64,000 bases of DNA from Octopus sinensis. Lineage: Eukaryota. This document shows positions 59,065-64,000 of this stretch, piece after piece. The stretch lies in contig NW_021832435.1 of the NCBI RefSeq assembly GCF_006345805.1, forward strand, positions 1-64,000, given 5' to 3'. The notes below the pieces were generated by a model. It worked only from the letters and a program-made list of their open reading frames with translations. It was not told the DNA's origin and did not search any database. The number at the start of each line of letters is the position of its first letter. Positions within the stretch are counted from its first letter, which is position 1. The position numbers and the translations under genes are program-made.

Positions 59065-59278
59065 TTGTTTGTGTGTCTGTGTTTATCCCCCTAGCATTGC
59101 TTGACAACCGATGCTGGTGAGTTTACGTCCCCGTCACTTAGCGGTTCGGCAAAAGAGACCGATAGAATAAGTACTGGGCTTACAAAGAATAAGTCGCGGG
59201 GTCGATTTGCTCGACTAAAGGCGGTGCTCCAGCATGGCCGCAGTCAAATGACTGAAACAAGTAAAAGAGTAAAGAGTA
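58857..59278 (+). mobile_element. SINE-A, full length, young
   Basis: Very close to the in-window consensus. Confidence 0.9.
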
Positions 59279-59352
59279 TCTCTGTTGCTATTGCAATCTC
59301 TGTTGCTATTGCAATCTCTGTTGCTATTGCCATTTCTGTTGCTGTTGCTATC
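59278..59352. repeat. 18-bp minisatellite (atctctgttgctattgca) x ~4
   Basis: Direct inspection. Confidence 0.85.
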
Positions 59353-59834
59353 GTTCGTTCAGTCTTGGAGGGCTTAAGGAAAGAAAAGAAATGGAAAGAG
59401 AAGAAAAAAAAGAAAAAAAGAAAGCTACGGGTGCTGTAACTAAGTGCCCACCACCCAATATCTTCAGACAAACTAATTAACACCCTCTCCACTCCCACCC
59501 ACGACCCTTCTTTGTCTCTCTCCTTCTCCATCCTGTCACAAACTTACCCACCACTACCGGTGGCGGCGGCAGCGGCGGCGCTTGTATCTGCCCTGCTTTC
59601 ATTATTAATTGGTTTGTTAGCTCTGTTCCTCAGACTTATTCCTCAGAGATATTTCCTGAGACAGTCATTAGCAATTCCATAACTCTAGTTGTGTCCGTTT
59701 TCCACTCGAGAGCAGGAAAGCTGTCTTTTAAGTAGAACCTGCCTAATAACTTTTTACCTAGTATCACCGGGTTTTTGTTCGTCTTTTTTTTCTTTTGTTT
59801 GTTTGTTTGTTTCAGAGTATTGTTTTTATTATCA

Positions 59835-59869
<35 letters not shown>

Positions 59870-59997
59870 GTTATTGTTATTGTTGTTAGCAAGTTAGCTG
59901 TGCTGAGTGTTTTTCTAGTCTGTCCAGTTCTGCTCTATTTACGATTGTTTAAGAAGAATTGGTGGAATGATACACACACACACACACACACGCATGC

Positions 59998-60046
<49 letters not shown>

Positions 60047-60168
60047 GTTATGTGATGGTTTTCCATTTTGTGAATGATGCAATGAGTGTTTAAGTAGACT
60101 TCACATGTGAAGAAACATACCCTACATATGTTAATTGTATCTATCTAATTATATAATATATATATTTA

Positions 60169-60213
<45 letters not shown>

Positions 60214-60664
60214 ATGTGTGTCTGTGTATGTATGTGGGCGAGAGAGAGAGAGAGTGCATGTGTATATATGTGTATATGTTTACATGTGTGTTTGTCTATC
60301 TGTCTATAGAGAGTGCTCTTATGTACACCCACACATTCACGTGCATGTGTGAAACAAGAATTATAAAGATTGCCCCGAAAATAAACCAATTTTTCTGAAC
60401 CAGGTGTGATGTCTGCAGAAGTTTAAGAATATGAAATTTGCTATTTATATACATATATTCATTATTATTACTATAATAAAGGCGGCGAACTGGCAGAATC
60501 GTTAGCACGCCGGGCAAAATGCTTAGTGGTATTTTGTTGAAATTCCACTGAGCTCCACTTTACCAGTCATCCATTTGGGATTAATAAATTAAGTACCAGT
60601 CATGCACTAGGGTCGATGTAATTGTCTATCCCCCTCCCAACGAATTTCAGGCCTTTATTCTCTC

Positions 60665-61063
60665 TCTCTCTTTTATTCTTTTACTTGTTTCACTCATTTG
60701 ATTGTGGCCATGCTGGAGCACTGCCTTTAGTCGAGAAAATCGACCCCGGGACTTATTCTTTGTAAGCCCAGTACTTATTCTATCAGTCTCTTTTGCCGAA
60801 CCACTAAGTGACGGGGACGTAAACACACCAGCATTGGTTGTCAAGACACACAAACATATACAAACACATACATATATATCTATATATATATACATATATA
60901 CGACAGGCTTCTTTCAGTTTCCGTCTGCCAAATCCACTCACAAGGCATTGGTCGGCCCGTGGCTATAGCAGAAGACACTTGTCCAAGATGCCACGCAGTG
61001 GGACTGAACCCGGAACCATGTGGTTGGTAAGCAAGCTACTTACCACACAGCCACTCTTGCGCC

Positions 61064-61064
<1 letters not shown>
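60665..61064 (-). mobile_element. SINE-A, full length
   Basis: Family match. Confidence 0.9.
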
Positions 61065-61100
<36 letters not shown>

Positions 61101-61312
61101 GAGGCAACGAGCTGGCAGAAGCCCTAGCATGCCGGACAGAATGCTTAGTGGCATTTTGTCTGTATTTATGTTCTGGGTTCAAATTCTGCTGCGGTGAGTT
61201 TTGCCTTTTAATTCTTCCGGGGTTGATAAAATAAGTACCAGTTGAGCACTTGGGTTTAATGATGTATTCAGCTTCTCTTTCCCTCAAAAATGCTTTGTCC
61301 CAAATTTTAAAC

Positions 61313-61349
<37 letters not shown>

Positions 61350-61350
<1 letters not shown>

Positions 61351-61763
61351 GGTGCAGGAGTGGCTGTGTGGTAAGTAGCTTGCTTACCAACCACATGGTT
61401 CCGAGTTCAGTCCCACTGCATGGCACCTTGGGCAAGTGTCTTCTACTATAGCTTCGGGCCGACCAAAGCCTTGTGAGTGGATTTGGTAGACGGAAACTGA
61501 AAGAAGCCCGTCGTATATATGTATATATGTATGTGTGTGTATGTTTGTGTGTCTGTGTTTGTCCCCCTAGCATTGCTTGTCAACCAATGCTGGTGTGTTT
61601 ATGTCCCTGTCACTTAGCGGTTCGGCAAAAGAGACCGATAGAATAAGTACTGGGCTTACAAAGAATAAGTCCCGGGGTCTAGTTGCTTGATTAAAGGCGG
61701 CGCTCCAGCATGGCCGCAGTCAAATGACTGAAACAAGTAAAAGAGTAAAAAGTAAAAAAGAGT
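61350..61763 (+). mobile_element. SINE-A, full length
   Basis: Family match; divergent orientation to 60665-61064. Confidence 0.9.
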
Positions 61764-62112
61764 ATTATTGTTGTTGTTATCGTGGCATTCTTTCACATTA
61801 ACTATATCGGAGAAATGTATGCTGCAATTCCTGTCAGTGCTGTGACACATTATTAATGGTAACGAGCTGGCAGAATCATTAGCACGCTGGACAAAATGCT
61901 CAGCGGTATCTTGTTCCTTTTTACATTTTGAGTTCAAATTTCACCAAAGTCATCTTTGCATTTTATCCTTCCAGGGTCAATAAATTAAGTACCGGTTGAG
62001 CACTGGGATGAATGTAATTGACTTAGCTCCCTCCCCACAATTTTCAGGCCTTTTGCCTATAGAAGATGGGATTATCATCATCATCATCATCATCATCATC
62101 ATTTTTAGGAAT

Positions 62113-62220
62113 ATGGATATCACATGATACATGCCGTAGGGATAGAAATGTGGATGTCACATGGTACATGCCATAGTGATAGAAATGTGGATGTCACATG
62201 GTACATGCCATATTGATAGC
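62113..62220. repeat. 37-bp minisatellite x ~3 (gatagaaatgtggatgtcacatggtacatgccatagt)
   Basis: Direct inspection. Confidence 0.8.
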
Positions 62221-62911
62221 AATTTCATGGTATCACATGGTATATTATTGTCATAATGATAGGAATATGGATATTGCATGATAAGTACCATACAAGAGTA
62301 TGGATATCATATGATAAAAGGAACATGATTGTTTCTTTTATGACATATTCCTTTCTGCCCATCAGTTTTGGAAGTCCTACACAAAGTTTAAGGATACTAT
62401 TTGCATCTGGTTTGCCAGATTCTTTATGTGAATTCTTGTGTTGAAGCAAATTTTGTTGTGTCTGGGGAGAGTCATATTGTCTTATTGCCTTATTATCTAA
62501 CACACTCGCCAGTCCAATTTCCACTCATTTTATATATATTAGAGGGAAACCACTGTGTGGACACCCATATGCTAGAAATAGATCCGCTATGGTCTCACCA
62601 CTAAGAAATGTTCTCAAGAAAAATTTAGCAAAACAACCAAAACGTAATCGAGCAAGACAAAAGAAAAAGTAATAATAATATGGATTATTCGTATCTGTTT
62701 CACTATCAACAAATTACGTAATCTTACTTACATAATTGTCCGTAGATCATCGGTACGACCGTCCAAGGTAAATATAATTTGCAGGACTGCATACTAGGAC
62801 ATTGGACTCGGTGGGAGCAATGATGACGATGATGATGATAAGGATCATGTTTCCTGTGTGGCTCCTGATGTTGCGCATCCCTACCTCTCCCAGTACAATC
62901 ATGATATTATA

Positions 62912-62956
<45 letters not shown>

Positions 62957-63513
62957 CTCATCATCATCGTTGTTTAACGTCCGCTTTCCATGCTAGCATG
63001 GGTTGGACGATTTGACTGAGGATTTGCGAACCATATGGCTGCACCGGGCTCCAGTCTTGATCTGGCAGAGATTCTACAGCTGGATGCCCTTCCTAACGCC
63101 AACCACTCCGAGAGTGTAGTGGCTGCTTTTACATGCCACCAGCATGAGGACCAGTCAGGCGGTACTGGCAACAGCCATGCTCAAATGGTGTTTTTTACGT
63201 GCCACCTGCACAGGAGGCAGTCCAGCGGCACTGATAACGATCATGCTCAGATGGTGCTCTTAGTGATCCACTAGCACGGATGCCAGTCATCGAATTTAAT
63301 TTCGATTTCAATTTCATTTGCTTCAACGGGTCTTCGCAAGCAGAGTTTAGTGTCCATTGAAGGAAAGGTATGCATAAGTAGGCCGGTTACATCCCTGGCA
63401 TAGGCCACGAGGTTATGGTCTCACTTGGCTTGCCGGGTCTTCTCAAGCACATCATGTTTCCAAAGGTCTCGGTCACTAGTCATTGCTTCGGTGAGGCCTA
63501 ATGTTCAAAGGTC
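62957..63513 (-). mobile_element. 5'-truncated RTE LINE: last ~30 codons of ORF2 and ~460-bp 3' UTR with (ATG)n tail
   Basis: DL*TLGLTEAMTSDRDLWKHDVLEKTRQAK* (stop at 63421-63423), followed by the UTR seen as solo fragments elsewhere. Confidence 0.8.
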
Positions 63514-63539
63514 ATATATATATATGTGTGTCCGTGTGT

Positions 63540-63838
63540 GGAGGCACAATGGCCCAATGGTCAGGGCAGCAGACTCGTGGTCGTAGGATCGCAGCTTCGA
63601 TTCTCAAACTGGGCGTTGTGAGTGTTTATTGAGTGAAAACACCTAAAAAGCTCCACGAGGCTCCGGCAGGGGGTGGTGACGATCCCTGCTGTACTCTTTC
63701 GCCACAACTTTCTCTCTTTCTTCTGTTGGCCTGCTCGCTTAGCCAGCGGGGTGGCGTCATTTGAAGGCTAAAACAATGCGAAGCGCATTGTGACCAGCGA
63801 TGTGTAACAACATCTGATAGCCTGGTTGGTCACGTGAT
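63540..63838 (+). mobile_element. SINE-C with 3' module C2
   Basis: Matches 40941-41238. Confidence 0.85.
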
Positions 63839-63920
63839 ATATATATGTATATGTATATATTTTTGTTTTCTTATAAAATTTTCATTGCTTTTGTAACTTG
63901 TATAGCATACATATAATGTA

Positions 63921-63988
63921 TAGTAGATCTACTGAATACATTTAGTAGCAGTAGATCTACTGCATGGCTAGTTGCAGTAGATCTACTG
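63921..63988. repeat. Three spaced copies of the palindrome (c)agtagatctact(g)
   Basis: At 63921-34, 63949-62 and 63975-88; period 26-28 bp; window ends shortly after. Confidence 0.8.
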
Positions 63989-64000
63989 TAAACTGAAGGG

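Overview
Eukaryotic, AT-rich, extremely repeat-dense DNA. The SINE families and microsatellite load look like an Octopus genome; this is inferred from pattern recognition and was not database-checked. No intact host protein-coding gene can be supported, and nearly all listed ORFs are microsatellite or SINE translations. Contents: (1) about 25 copies of a tRNA-headed CORE-like SINE (working label SINE-A); (2) many copies of a second tRNA-headed SINE (SINE-B), occurring as monomers, dimers, a tetramer and a 10 x ~332-bp tandem array at 3394-6709; (3) a third tRNA head (SINE-C) carrying several exchangeable 3' modules; (4) RTE and CR1/L2-like LINE 3' fragments; (5) decayed mariner/Tc1 transposases and hAT-, piggyBac- and other MITEs with visible TIRs/TSDs; (6) a 2.35-kb Chapaev3-like DNA transposon (16010-18361) with a TTA TSD, whose empty target site is preserved in a neighbouring paralogous repeat. 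Most interesting signals: several type-I hammerhead-ribozyme motifs with palindromic stem III and very long stem II (Penelope/retrozyme style); a family of short hammerhead-like elements sitting in (TA)n tracts; the SINE-derived satellite; a SINE-LINE 3' stem-loop with compensatory changes; and many fold-back inverted pairs. Coordinates were counted by hand and diverged element boundaries are approximate.
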